Of a stretch of DNA of 64,000 nt, positions 1 to 11,974 are shown piece by piece. This DNA comes from Eledone cirrhosa (lineage: Eukaryota). The stretch lies in contig OZ024752.1 in the NCBI GenBank assembly GCA_964016885.1, positions 46,748,001 through 46,812,000 of the forward strand. The letters are read 5' to 3'. A program made the position numbers and the translations under genes. The notes beneath the pieces are model-generated. The model did not search any database, had not been told where the DNA came from, and saw nothing but the letters and a program-made list of their open reading frames with translations. Each line of letters begins with the position of its first letter. Position 1 is the first letter of the stretch.

Positions 1-248
1 ATATATCATGTAATCTTATAATTTTATATCCATGTTGATATGGGATGAACAGGTTATGACAGTTTGAAACTCAACAGGACAACTAACTATTTTTTGGCAT
101 AGTTTCTTCAGCCTAATGTCAACCACTTTACAGAGTGTACAGGGTGCATTTTATCATGGCAACAACATTGAGAAAGTCATCAATTCTTCTTAAAAATGAA
201 GGAAGTGAAAAATAAATTAAAACAATAGTCTGATGATGCATAGCTTAC

Positions 249-346
249 CTAGAACATAATCTTTCACCAAACTCAGGGATACGCAGCCAGGCGGCGTGAA
301 TTCTGTTTGCCCAAGATCACAGTCAAGAAAATAGACACTTTTCTTT
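249..346 (-). CDS. NOL9: NOL9 exon with Clp1/Grc3 kinase motif; gene continues left of the window
   Basis: 98-nt exon in correct phase; reads KKSVYFLDCDLGQTEFTPPGCVSLSLVKDYVL, nearly identical to the NOL9 signature LECDLGQTEFTPPGCISL. Confidence 0.95.
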
Positions 347-753
347 CTGGAATAAATAAATAGATAAATAAGCAACAACAACAACAGTGGCAGATTCTAA
401 TTTAGGCCCAAGGCCAATATTTCAGGGGAAGAAGTCAAATAAATTGAAGACCAAAAACATGAACTGCAAAGTTGACCTCAGCAAGAAAAGAGGCAGAAAA
501 ATTATTGCAAAAGATTTTGCCTGGCACTTTAATGAATCCGACAAAGTATTGCCCTTACAATACAACATAGGTACAAGGTCAGAAATAACTAAAACCCTTT
601 CAAGATGTCCCAATATAACCACAGTCTAATGACGAAAACCCTTTAAAAAAAATGTCCCTAGATAGCCATAGTCTAATGAGTGAAACCCCTCTAATGTGAT
701 GTCCCAAGATAACCTCAGTCTGTGAAACCAGTAAAGGAAGACTTAATACTTAC

Positions 754-838
754 ATATTAAGGCAGACATTTAACAATCTTCGGCAAAATGTAGACTTCCC
801 TGTATTTGTTGATCCACACAACAAAATTCTTGGATTTT
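754..838 (-). CDS. NOL9: NOL9 exon with Walker A P-loop
   Basis: 85-nt exon, TTGCAG acceptor, GTAAGT donor; reads ENPRILLCGSTNTGKSTFCRRLLNVCLN, matching the NOL9/Grc3 motif ILVCG...GKSTF. Confidence 0.93.
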
Positions 839-1291
839 CTGCAAAATAAATTGAGCTCCATAAATTAGCATATCTAATTTGTCATATTCAGTAAATAGGG
901 TTAGGGTTATTATCGAAACTAGGTTTCATTTTTATTTCTACTGTCAGAGCACTGGACTAAATATTTTACAGTATTTAGTTTACATCCCAATAGAGTCAAT
1001 TTAGTCTTTCAACCTTCAGGGTTCATCATCAATATTTGGTCAAGTCAGAAAATTCTATCTTGTTCATATCCTTTTGGCATTAACAAACGAAAAAACTTGA
1101 GAAGCATGTTGTATGTGTCATGTCCTACAAATTAGCTCTTCAATGAACAGAAAATAGTTAACAGGTACCCTTAAGGTAGACTAAATCTTTGAAGATATTG
1201 CCCCAGTTTAGTCACACTTCAATGACTTAAGCCAGTAAAAATAGTTTTTTTAAATATGTAAATAAATAACAGAAGTAAGATCTTCACAAAC

Positions 1292-1821
1292 CTTTACTTT
1301 TTACAAATGACTCCCATTTTCCCAGAAGATGTTCTTCCTTGGCTGAAGAAATATAATCAGGCATGTTTGATTTAGCAATGAGACCAATACCAAATGGCTG
1401 GAGAGTCTGGTTGTAAGTAGTTTTGTCATCTTCCTTCAGTCCTTGAAAGAGACTCTGGTATGGACGTATGGTACTTATGTAATCAGCAAAACCCCACCGA
1501 AGTCGGCGGATTAGAAGAACTACTGAATTGGAATCAATCCTGTTTAGAAAATTTCCTGTCTCCAAAAGCATCGAAGCAACTTTCTTTTTGGTGCCGGCAA
1601 GACCATCCTTTCCACATGAATGAAGGGTCATCAACTTAAGTGGTGTGTGTTCGTGAGGGGAGTATAATGAATGCCATTGACCATCTGGGGTTATTTTTGC
1701 ATCTAGTATACAAATACAACCAGCTAAAACAGTTATCTCACAGAATCCAGTCAGGTTCCATTCCAATGGATGTTTCAGAATTACAATGGCTTGGTCCTCA
1801 CACCGACTAATCCAAATATGC
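1292..1821 (-). CDS. NOL9: NOL9 coding exon (region preceding the kinase domain)
   Basis: Acceptor TTTTACAG|G, open frame HIWISRCEDQ...WESFVKSK, donor AAAG|GTTTGT in phase 1 matching the next exon. Confidence 0.8.
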
Positions 1822-3899
1822 CTGTAAAATAAATAAACAAACAAGTTAAAAAGTTAAGGATTTCTCACATTAGCTTCTAGTGTTGGTAAATGAAGAAGTA
1901 CGCCTAGTGTATAGTTTGGCCCATAGAGGACACCACTTCTTGGCTTTATTCCAGCGCATGAATAGAACCATATATTATATATCATCATCGTTTAATTTTC
2001 ATCTTCCACGCTAGCATGGGTTGGACGGTTTTTGTCCCACTTGAGGCAAGATTGGTCGGGACACTGTGTCTTGCTCGTACAGAACTGTTTCTGGTAGGTT
2101 TTCTACAGCTGGATGCCCTTCCTAACACCAACCACATATAATCACCATCCTTGCATGGGTTAGCCGGGCCATCCATGTCAGGAGACAAGACTGACCAGAG
2201 TTGGCCATGCCTTGCTCCGATGAGACTGTAAATTTGGCCAGATATTTTACAGCTAGCTATATATATATATATATATATATATATCATTTCATCAGCATTT
2301 CCGTTTAACGTTTGGTCAGGGCTGGCCATGTGTTACACCTTGTTCCAGCAAGGACTGTAAATTTTGCTGGGTATTTTACAGGCGGATGCCCTTCCTAGAC
2401 AGGTTGTCCCATTAGAGGCAAGTTGGGTCAGGTGACCATGCCTTGCTCATATAGGATTGTTTCTGGTTAGATACTCACGGAGGAGATGACGAAGGACCGT
2501 GACAAGTGGAAAGATGCTGAATAGAACCCGTCCCACCCTTGCAAGCAGAGAAAAGCGGACGTAAAATGACGACGATTCAGTATCTTTACTACAACCTCGA
2601 GTCGACCCAAGCTTTGGCAGTGGAGACCACGTGGAAGCCCATCACATGGACTGTACCTCTAATTCAAAGAGCCAACTTTGTCATACTGTGGAATACTCAC
2701 CCACTTAAGCATTAATTTCATGAGCAGGCTGTTCCATTAAAAAAAGGTGTGTATGGTTCTTTATATTTTGATATCTGAATCATTGTGATGAAAAGCACAA
2801 CCAACTTACCAATTCTAATGAATGACTGTCCTTATTTACCTGTGTTTGTAAAGTGATGAAGACAAACATCTGTTAATTAGATTAAAATGAAACTCTGCCT
2901 ACAATCATGACTGAACATGGGGTTTTCACCTTTAAAGTTTCTCTCCATGGTGCAAGCCTGAGCAAAGCTGTTTTTGTGGAAGACACATCAGTTGCCCAGA
3001 AACGAAACTTATATATACAGCAACAGACACAGACTTAATAAAGTAGCTTAAAAATAACTGAAATATATTTTTGAGATAGTTTTTTTTAATCTCTTACCTG
3101 AACCAATCATATGGTTGTTTTTAACTCTTAACCTGTAGTTATCTAGTTTAAAATAGGTATATGATATCCGTGTGTATCTTGTTTAAAATAGGTACACCAT
3201 ATCCCTGTGTGTATTCAGTTCAGAATAGGTATACTGCATCCCTGTGTATCTGGTTTACAATAGGTACACCATATCCCTGTGTTAGCTTAGAACAGGCACA
3301 CCATATCCCTGTGTGTATCTGGTTTACAATAGGTACACTATATCCTTGTTAGCTTAGAATAGGTACACCATATCTGTACCTTCTAAGAGATACAACATGG
3401 TAGGAGGCCAGTTAAACGTACATTTGGGTTTGAGCAGTAAATTTCAATGGCAGAAAACTGGCAATGTTGTTACAACATAGGAAAAAATATCTTGCTATTT
3501 GTTCCAGCTATCTGCACACCAAGTTCAAATCCTGCAGACTTTGGTTTGACTTTTTACCTTTTGATAAAATAAAGACACCTTGTGCTATTTGTTCTGGTTT
3601 CTTATGTAGCCAGTTCAAATCCTGTCGTGGCCTACATGGATGGGTGAGGGACATAATCCATTGCCTGATTTAATATCATCACCACCACCACCAGGTACTT
3701 AGATGTCTTTAGTGTAGGTCCACTCTGTTGAAAACATTCGAGATCAGGCCTCTGTTTTGAGGCTATTTTCCACCTTTTTAGGTCCAGCAGATAATGTGGT
3801 TTTTTTCACATTATATTTTCATAGGAAAGAGTGCAACTTCAACCATTGTTATAGTAGAATTATGTACTTTATTGTATACACCACCATCTTTCTCTCTTA

Positions 3900-5130
3900 T
3901 ATAATAATAATAATAATGAAATATTGTGTACAGTGCTCAGGTGCACCACAACTCATCAAAAAGTGTATGTATAGTACATAGGGTAATGTACAAACGTCAG
4001 GAAAATGAACAGTGCATGAGTCATGATACACACGTGTGCATGTGTATGGAAGGGGTACATCAGGTGTAGTTTTGGCGTATTTCGGGAAGCATGAGTGTCT
4101 TAAAGGATGCAGTGTCTCGACAGCTAACAACTGACTCAGGTAGTTTGTTCCATGCTTCAGCAACTCTGAGCGTGAAAAAATGTCTACGAAAGTCATGGGA
4201 GCTGTGCCGTTTTCTGATTTTGTAGGCATGTCCACGTGTGTTAGACACATGGAGATCAAAAAGGTGCTCAGGGTTGTTGTTGGCGAGATGGTTAATAACT
4301 TTGTGGGTATTTACCAAGTCCATTGCCAGACGTCGGAGCTTCAATGAATCCATGCCCAGGGAAGCAAGGCGTTCAGAGTATGGTAGGTGTCTGATGGAGG
4401 GTATGCGCTTGGTTGCACGTCTCTGAACAGTTTCCAGGTCAATGTTCTGAGCAAGATAGGGGTTCCAGACTGATGATGCGAATTCCAAGTGTGGTCGTAC
4501 CATAGCTGTATACAGTTTTAAATAGATGGCTGGAGAGCGGCTAACAAAGGTCTTGCTGAGTGATGCCAAAACACCCTCGGCCTTCTTGATATCAGTGTTG
4601 TGAAGGGAGTATGTGGATGCTGGATTTTTCCTCCCAAAATCCACAGCCAGCTTCAGTTGCCAGTCTGTGATCCATTGTGTCCAGGTCTGATTGTAGGAAA
4701 GAGTTGTAGATTTCAGGATCAGTCCTTTTGATTTCAAGGTACAGCTTGATGTCATCTGCATATTTCAGTACCGTGGCATTCTGTAAGTTGGCATCTATGT
4801 CATTAATATATGCCACAAACAAAAGGGGACCAAGAACAGATCCCTGTGGTACACCAGATGACATCTCATATGGTGAAGAATGCTGTCCTAGAACCGTGAC
4901 TACCTCTTTTCGGCTGAGAATGAAGGATTTCAACCAGTCGAAAAGATCATCCCTCACACCCATTGCAGAGAGTTTTGCCATAAGTCTTTTGTGTGGCACA
5001 GAATTAAAAGCCTTAGCAAAGTCAAGGTAAACAACATCCACCCATGAGCCGCTGTCAGTGATCCGGGTGATGTCTTCAAGGAACTCGATAAGCTGATCAC
5101 AGCAGCTGGAGTTAGGGATAAATCCAAACT
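3900..5130 (-). mobile_element. 5'-truncated, frameshifted CR1-clade LINE (RT domain and 3' end)
   Basis: VYLDFAKAFNSVPH, GVPQGSVLGPLLF, YADD in ORF 4592-5170; RPHLEFASSVWNP, QRRATKRIP, TRGHAYK, FFTLRVAEAWNKLP in ORF 4060-4761; short ATT-repeat tail near 3900. Confidence 0.9.
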
Positions 5131-6971
5131 TGTTTCTACTTTTGACAAGGCCAGCAACTACCCAGTACATTACTGGTACTTTATTTTATTGACCCCGAAA
5201 GGCAAAGTTAACCTCGGTGGGATTTGAACTCAGTCCGTATATTTATATAAATAATTGTTTCTACTTTTGGCACAAGGCCAGCAATTATGCAGTACATTAC
5301 TGGTACTTTATTTTATCGACCCCCGTAAGGATGAAAAGGATTTGAACTCAGACCGTGACTCTTTGCTGCAAAGCATGGCATCAGGCCCTCTACTGATACA
5401 TATAAATAATAGTAGTAAAACATTTCTATGACCCAGAAAGATAACTTGATTATCATGTTTGTATCTCTTGTCCATTGTAACGATGTCACAATGTATTGGA
5501 GTGTATCCTACTTTTGGAGTCTGAATCTGTGGAGAGGTGATGAAGTGGTAGTCATTAGAATGTTGGAGAATATTCATTCCAGTTTTCTGAGATTGAAGTT
5601 TAACTCTTTTGCATTTAAACCGGCCACATCCAGCCAGAATTCTCTTACCTCTTTCTGTTCAAACAGGACGTAACTGGCTGCTCATACTTATGTGAAGATA
5701 TTGTTCTCAAAATATAATATCAAAACCTCGTAGATTCAATATTATGTGAGATAATTCATCATCATCGTCGTTTAACGTCTATCTTCCACGCTAGCATGGG
5801 TTAGATGGGAATTGTCCCACTTGAGGCAAGATTGATCGGGTGACCGTGTCTCCCTCATACGGAACTGCATCTGGCAGGTTTTCTACAGCTGGATGCCCTT
5901 CCTAACACCAACCACATTTACAGTGTGGACTGGGAGCCTTTTTACTGTCTCCTACACATAAATATGTGAAATAAAGTGTTTACAGTGAAAATACAATAGT
6001 ATATATAGAGTAATGTAAATGCTAGAGGGTTAAAATCTGAAGTCAACTTTGCCTTTTATCGAGGTTGACCAAAAAAAGTACCAGTCCAGTACTGGTATCA
6101 ATTCTGCCAATTTCTCATCTACTCTGGAAAAGATTGGTTGTGTTCAGACCTGGAGAGGAGATGAGCTCCTCTGACAGGTTGAAAATGTCCAAGATACAAG
6201 GACAGGATGACCATACTATCAGCTACATGTCTCTTCAGTCACACCTAGGACAGGATGACCATACCATCAGTTACGTGTCTCTTCGGTCACGTCAAGAACA
6301 TGACGACCACACCATACCAGATACCTCATACCATCAATTACATGTCTATTTGTAGGTAAAGTTATCACACCTCAAATATACTTCACAGCCAAATATTTGT
6401 AAAATTTCATTAGGTTTTAGAAACCTCTCATATAAAGAAATATCTGTTAATATTTTCATTACCATATTTCTAATGAAGTACATTGCATAGGATCTACAAA
6501 TAATTTTGAAAATATTCAAGAATTTTCGATTTGGTAATACAACTTTCTTATTCCTAAGCTGGATTTCAAGTATAATTTAACAAAACTCCTTGCACAAAAT
6601 TACACACACTTTAAAATAAAGTTTTGTATCATAGAATTGGAGACAGTTTCAAGTATTTTAGTATCAAAATAGCTTAACATTTTTTTCTTTTAGTATTTTT
6701 TTCATCAAAATATATTTTCAGGATTTTGATTTTCGGTATTCTAATTTTTGAAAATAATGTTTGGAATAATGGTGTTTGAGGTTATCCCTTTCAGGATTAT
6801 GACCCAAGTCTAAATAAATTAATCTCTCATCTACATAATACAAAAATGGGAGTAAATTGTAGTTGAAGGCAAGAGTTGGGTAATTCACCAACACTTAAAT
6901 ATCATTAATACTTCCTCCAGACAAGGAAGATCAGGTACAACAATAGAGCATCATTTTGTCACTCTAGAACT

Positions 6972-7092
6972 TGGGTTGAGAGCCCCCAGCTATAGAGGCA
7001 GGGTTAAGAGCCCCCAGCTACAGAGCCAGGGTTGAGAGCCCCCAGCTATAGAGCCAGGGTTGAGAGCCCCCAGCTACAGAGCCAGGTGGAGA
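6972..7092. repeat. 28-bp minisatellite, about 4.5 copies
   Basis: Unit GGGTTGAGAGCCCCCAGCTA(C/T)AGAGCCA. Confidence 0.85.
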
Positions 7093-7580
7093 GCCCTCAG
7101 CAACAGAGCCAGATGTGAGTCATTAGCTATCTTGAGTAACACAAAGGCTGTGGAATGCTTTGTCTATTTTATTAAATCTCACTCTTGTATTAAAATAAAA
7201 GTCATGGCTTATGACTCAGCCATTGAAGCAGTTTCAAATAAGATTCAACGCCAAAACCACATTGAGTAAGAAAAAAGTAAACTAAATTTGTTTTCTCATA
7301 TGTATTTTTGTTCAGAATAAATTAAGCATCTCAAATAGACTCAATTATTATTTTTTTTAAACTACAAATGGCTCTTCAAACTGAAAAGGTTCCTTAACCC
7401 AGATCTACAACAACAGATTCTTTTACAATAATATTTCAAGCAAGTTTGTATCTCAAACTTTTCCACTAGCTACAAACTCTCGTGTTCTTAATACTGTAAC
7501 AAATATACTGAACAGTGTAATGTAATATTATATAGACAGTAGTAAAAGTCATTTGCGTCAGACATTAACATGAAAATAAC

Positions 7581-7586
7581 TTTATT
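7581..7586 (-). terminator. Candidate poly(A) signal for the SENP transcript
   Basis: AATAAA on the minus strand at the end of about 1.3 kb of U-rich, TE-free sequence downstream of the SENP stop; another AATAAA lies near 7834. Confidence 0.35.
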
Positions 7587-8701
7587 TGTTGGATGCATTT
7601 AAAAATTAAAGAAGAAAAAAATGAAGGAAAAAAAAATAGGGAAAAAAAAACAAATAAATAAGAGGAGGCAACACAGAAGATAACAGACATGGTAAGAAGC
7701 ATTTAGAAGAAATATGTGAAGAAATTGGCAACATAGAACTCAAAAAAGCAGAGTAACACTTCCAATTGCAGACAAGAAATGAAAATCATATATACATATA
7801 TATACATATATATATATATAAAAAAAGAAAACATTTATTATTTCTTCATTGAGTATGTAATGCTTACTTATCACCTAAATCCAATATTTTCTTTCAGTTT
7901 TTTTGTTTTTTTTTGACGTTATACGTGGTTTTAATCAAAATGTTTTTCCTTAATTAATTTTTTTTTTTTTTGGCATATTTATTTTAACTAGAAGTTTTCC
8001 TATTGGGGGAAGGGCAAATTGAAAAAAAAAAAAACCAGAAGGAATTTGTGATAAATGAAATTTAAATGGTATGCCATCAATCAAAAGAGCAACTAGCTGA
8101 CTTGTGTTTGTTTCATCAATGGTCTTGTTAGAGTTAAGAGAAAGAATACTCTGTATTTTTGCATCAAATGATGGAAGAGAGGTGATAGTATATTGATAGA
8201 GATAGATAGATCTTTATACATTTCCCTACAGCTGTCTTAGTGTCTGTCTTAATGGTGGTTTTGGTTGTTACAACAAACTTAACAGAGAACAGTGTTTCAT
8301 TACAACAATAGCAGCAGAAATGCTAATGGTTTCATGAGCAACACAAGACAGACAGAAAAGAAAGAGTTATAGAATTGTTGACAGTGAAAGAGAAGGAGAG
8401 GACTGGATGGTGCTAAGTGTTGCTTGCTGTTGCCAACAATGGCAGCTGTAATGATGAGATGGGGGACAGGAGAGGAAGGAGGAAAAAAAAATAAAAAAAG
8501 ACAAAACTAACACAGAATTTCAAAGGAGGAGCACTGAAATAATTGTAACGGTAGTTTTATGTTTTCCAATTCTGCATATAAAAATGAACAGACCTAGACT
8601 AATCGTGTACATCTCATCTCTTGTTGTATTTTCAGATTATCATAAGCAATTTCACTGATTGCAAGGTATAAAAGATGTAGACAGGTAGTTATGTATGTAT
8701 A

Positions 8702-8748
<47 letters not shown>

Positions 8749-8899
8749 TTATATGTATGTTTGCAAGTATGTGTGTCTGCATGTCTATTAATGAAGTATG
8801 TATGAACATTTGGAAAAAAAAAAAAAAAAAAAAAAATTCAGATGACAAAAAGGTAGACAGACAGATTAATGACTTATTTTTTGTGAGTGTATAGAAGTT

Positions 8900-11536
8900 T
8901 TACTTTTTCTTTTTTCCTTTTTTACAATGATCTGACCGCACCATACTTTTAAATGCATGTTGCTTGTGAGTTTTGTCCTGCAGTTGACAATTCAAATCAA
9001 ATACATCTGCTGGTAATGGAAATTTTTTCAAGAGATTTTTTCGTAAGTGAAGCTTTTTTAAGTAAGCTCCACTTTCAAGACGGATGCCAAGGTTTTTAGC
9101 TGTACTGGTAAAAAGTCTCCCTTCAGCAGTTTCATCATTGGAGTTGTCCTCCTCACTGCCAACTTGGTTTGAAAACATAACACTATTTCTCAAACAATGC
9201 TTCGCTTTCACAATGTCCCTATCATTTCTCCTGCTTTTTTTCTGGATCACTAAACGTTTTGCCGCACATGTTCTGGATGCTTTTCTCTCCTGTTTAGATG
9301 ATGTCATGCGTTGCTGAGCAGCAGTTTTCAGAATAGAATGACCTTTCAACCTTCGGTTGTACTGATATAGTATGTTTTCTAGCTTAGATGTAACATAGCT
9401 AATTCCTTTTATCACAGAGTTTGATCGATTGGATGCTGCACTTGATTTGCCTTTCAACAGTTCACGTTCGGTCTTACAAATAATTCGCACAAAAGCAGCC
9501 AATGTGAGCAACAATCTCTCCATTTCCATCATAACATGAAACAAGCCCGAGTCTTCTGAACTATCAGAAAGGCTTGAAGTTTCAGTGTCATCAGAGCTTT
9601 TTATATCTTTATCACTTGAAAGAGCACTACTGGTAGTAGTTGTAGAACTACTACTGCTGACCGTACTACTACTAGTACTATCATCACTGAAACTAGTTAA
9701 TTCATCACTCTCAGAGTTCTCTCCAGAATGTTTTTCAATCATTGACATAATGTTTGCAAGGTCTTTATGCCGGATTTTAACTTTCTTGGTTTTCCGGTTA
9801 GAACTTTTCAGATTTTCTTTGAGCAACTGAAGGAGTTGACTCTTAAGCAGATGTCGTTCTTCCTCATTGGCATCATCAAAGAGACTGGCAATTCTTTTAA
9901 TTTCAGAGATCAAATTGGTTCTATGTTTTCTATTACTGTCTTCATCCGCAGACGCAGGTGAAGCCTTTTGTTCAACCTCTCCACCCATAGAACCATTTTG
10001 GGTCCTTTCTACATCTCTGCCACCTTCCATGTCCTTCGAAACAGCAGCTAAGCCCATAGCCTCCTCACTAACCTTTGTAGGGCTCTGGAAGTTGTCAGGC
10101 AGACCATTTTGAATGACAGCTGTGGAGGCATCTGGTGTCAGAATATGACCATTTTCATTTGAGGAAGTCATATCTTCTAATATTTCATCAGATATCATAT
10201 TCTCAACATCCCTTGGACTATGATTAGTTATTTTTTGTTTAAGAATTTCATAAACCATTTTCCGCCGGAAATAGGGCATATCTTCTTGTGTAAAATCCAT
10301 CTTGTCTCCACGGCTGATATATTCAGCATATATACAACTAAAGACACCACAGTCGGACATGTTTTCTTGTAGTGGTATATTCTTCATGTTCACCTTCACC
10401 CAACAGTTCGTATCCATCTCGATATTCTTTTTAGCCTTCATTTCTTCTCTCAAATAATTCAGAATTGCATCCATAGCGTCGTCTCTGTCTTGTAAATAGC
10501 TGTCGTAATAACAGATGCTAGATTGAAGGAAATCAACAGCTATGAGAGTCCAGTGATTTTCACTCTCCAGATGAATTGGTATCAGCATTAAATCATGGTC
10601 AAATATGTCTACATTTTTGGTCCATCGCTTTACACCACTGTAGCCTCGTTTCATAACCATGGGAAAGAAGAATGTGCTTGGAATGTAGACTGAAGGATAG
10701 CCATCTGTTTTACTTCTCTGAACAATGATGTTCATGTAAAAGTTGATGATTTCATCATTAAGCCAGTTGGCCCCAACTAGTGTTGCCATATCACATCGCT
10801 TTATACTTATGCGGAACCCTTGAGTCAGTACCTCTTCAGGAGGAACAGGTTGCAAAGCTCTTTCAACCTCTAAGATACCTTCTTTGCCAAAACTTGCCGG
10901 GTAATAATATTTAACTTTGGAAACACCATATGAACTGTTTTGTTGAGACTGAGAGTGATTGAAATCAGTGTATTGCTGTAGATGACACATTTGAGAAGAT
11001 TGATCTGGATCACTTTGACTGTTTGAAATATGAGTCTGGCTTTTATAATCAATATTATAGATATCATATATTTGAGTTTGATCATTAAACTGCCGAATTG
11101 AACCATCTTGCATGTGAATATGATTCTCAGTAGTAAACTGTTGTTGTTGCTGCTGTTGTTTTTCTTGTTCTGATTGATAATGTTGAAGCGAAGGATGAGA
11201 AATACCTGGGTTATTATGTCCTAGTTGGCTAGCGTCAACAACGCCACCAACAGCTGACAAATTAGAAGAGTTTGCAAGACCAGCATGGTTATTTTTCTGT
11301 AGTACTTGATGGGAATGTGGCTGCTGTTCTTGAAAGTTGTTGCCATGTGGCCATGGATGCAGTAGAACTGATGTCATGTCTCTATCGTGTAGTTTCCAGG
11401 CACTACCATAGTCTTCTTGGCTCACTTCTTGGCATCGTCCGTCATTAATCATTTCCCAATTTCCACTGCCAATAAAAAATTGGGCTTGAATAGTACACAT
11501 ACGATTTTTTAATGTTGCATGTCTTTTTTTTAACAT
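8900..11536 (-). CDS. Sentrin/SUMO-specific protease (Ulp1/SENP, peptidase C48), uninterrupted ORF nested in a NOL9 intron; true 5' end is either an ATG (first at 11536) or a splice acceptor at 11465
   Basis: C48 motifs NWLNDEIINFYM, VKRWTKNVDIF, HWTL (His), YYDS (Asp), QENMSDCGVF (Gln/Cys) at about 10230-10830; more than 2.6 kb without a stop. Confidence 0.92.
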   Translation of the reverse strand: MLKKRHATLKNRMCTIQAQFFIGSGNWEMINDGRCQEVSQEDYGSAWKLHDRDMTSVLLHPWPHGNNFQEQQPHSHQVLQKNNHAGLANSSNLSAVGGVVDASQLGHNNPGISHPSLQHYQSEQEKQQQQQQQFTTENHIHMQDGSIRQFNDQTQIYDIYNIDYKSQTHISNSQSDPDQSSQMCHLQQYTDFNHSQSQQNSSYGVSKVKYYYPASFGKEGILEVERALQPVPPEEVLTQGFRISIKRCDMATLVGANWLNDEIINFYMNIIVQRSKTDGYPSVYIPSTFFFPMVMKRGYSGVKRWTKNVDIFDHDLMLIPIHLESENHWTLIAVDFLQSSICYYDSYLQDRDDAMDAILNYLREEMKAKKNIEMDTNCWVKVNMKNIPLQENMSDCGVFSCIYAEYISRGDKMDFTQEDMPYFRRKMVYEILKQKITNHSPRDVENMISDEILEDMTSSNENGHILTPDASTAVIQNGLPDNFQSPTKVSEEAMGLAAVSKDMEGGRDVERTQNGSMGGEVEQKASPASADEDSNRKHRTNLISEIKRIASLFDDANEEERHLLKSQLLQLLKENLKSSNRKTKKVKIRHKDLANIMSMIEKHSGENSESDELTSFSDDSTSSSTVSSSSSTTTTSSALSSDKDIKSSDDTETSSLSDSSEDSGLFHVMMEMERLLLTLAAFVRIICKTERELLKGKSSAASNRSNSVIKGISYVTSKLENILYQYNRRLKGHSILKTAAQQRMTSSKQERKASRTCAAKRLVIQKKSRRNDRDIVKAKHCLRNSVMFSNQVGSEEDNSNDETAEGRLFTSTAKNLGIRLESGAYLKKLHLRKNLLKKFPLPADVFDLNCQLQDKTHKQHAFKSMVRSDHCKKGKKKK

Positions 11537-11745
11537 AAAGTTATGCAAAAGTTCTCATTTACTCAAATATTATACAGAAAATAAACTATGAAAGACCATC
11601 GATGAAGACAAATGTCTTTAATTAGATTTACATAAGAAATCTTAATTTCTATTGTTTTTAAATATTTAGCCAAAATTCACCAAACAAGATACCCTGGAAG
11701 GAAGTTTTAAAAGCCCTAAAGAATGAATGTTAGAATTTTCTTTTC

Positions 11746-11974
11746 TTAACCCTTTAACATTTAAGCCAGCTGTATCCGGCCAGAATTCTCTCACCTCTTT
11801 CTGTTTAAACCACCCGTAATTGGTTGCTCATACTGATGTTAAGGTATTGTTCTCAAAATAAATAATATCAAAATCTCATAGATTCGATATTAGGTGAGAT
11901 AATTATGTGAGGTAAAGCCTTTACTGCGAAAATACAATTGTAAATATAGGGTAATGTAAATGCTAAAGGGTTAA
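11746..11974. mobile_element. TTAA-flanked piggyBac-like MITE, about 200-230 bp (also 5600-6033, 12154-12351, 14017-14224, 14688-14887, 21999-22217, 25443-25650, 41637-41873)
   Basis: TTAA-CCCTTTA(G/A)CATTTA ... TAAATGCTAAAGGG-TTAA termini and a conserved interior. Confidence 0.85.

Noticed and set aside
896-908. TAGGGTTAGGGTT telomere-like motif
   Set aside because: Only about two units; expected by chance.
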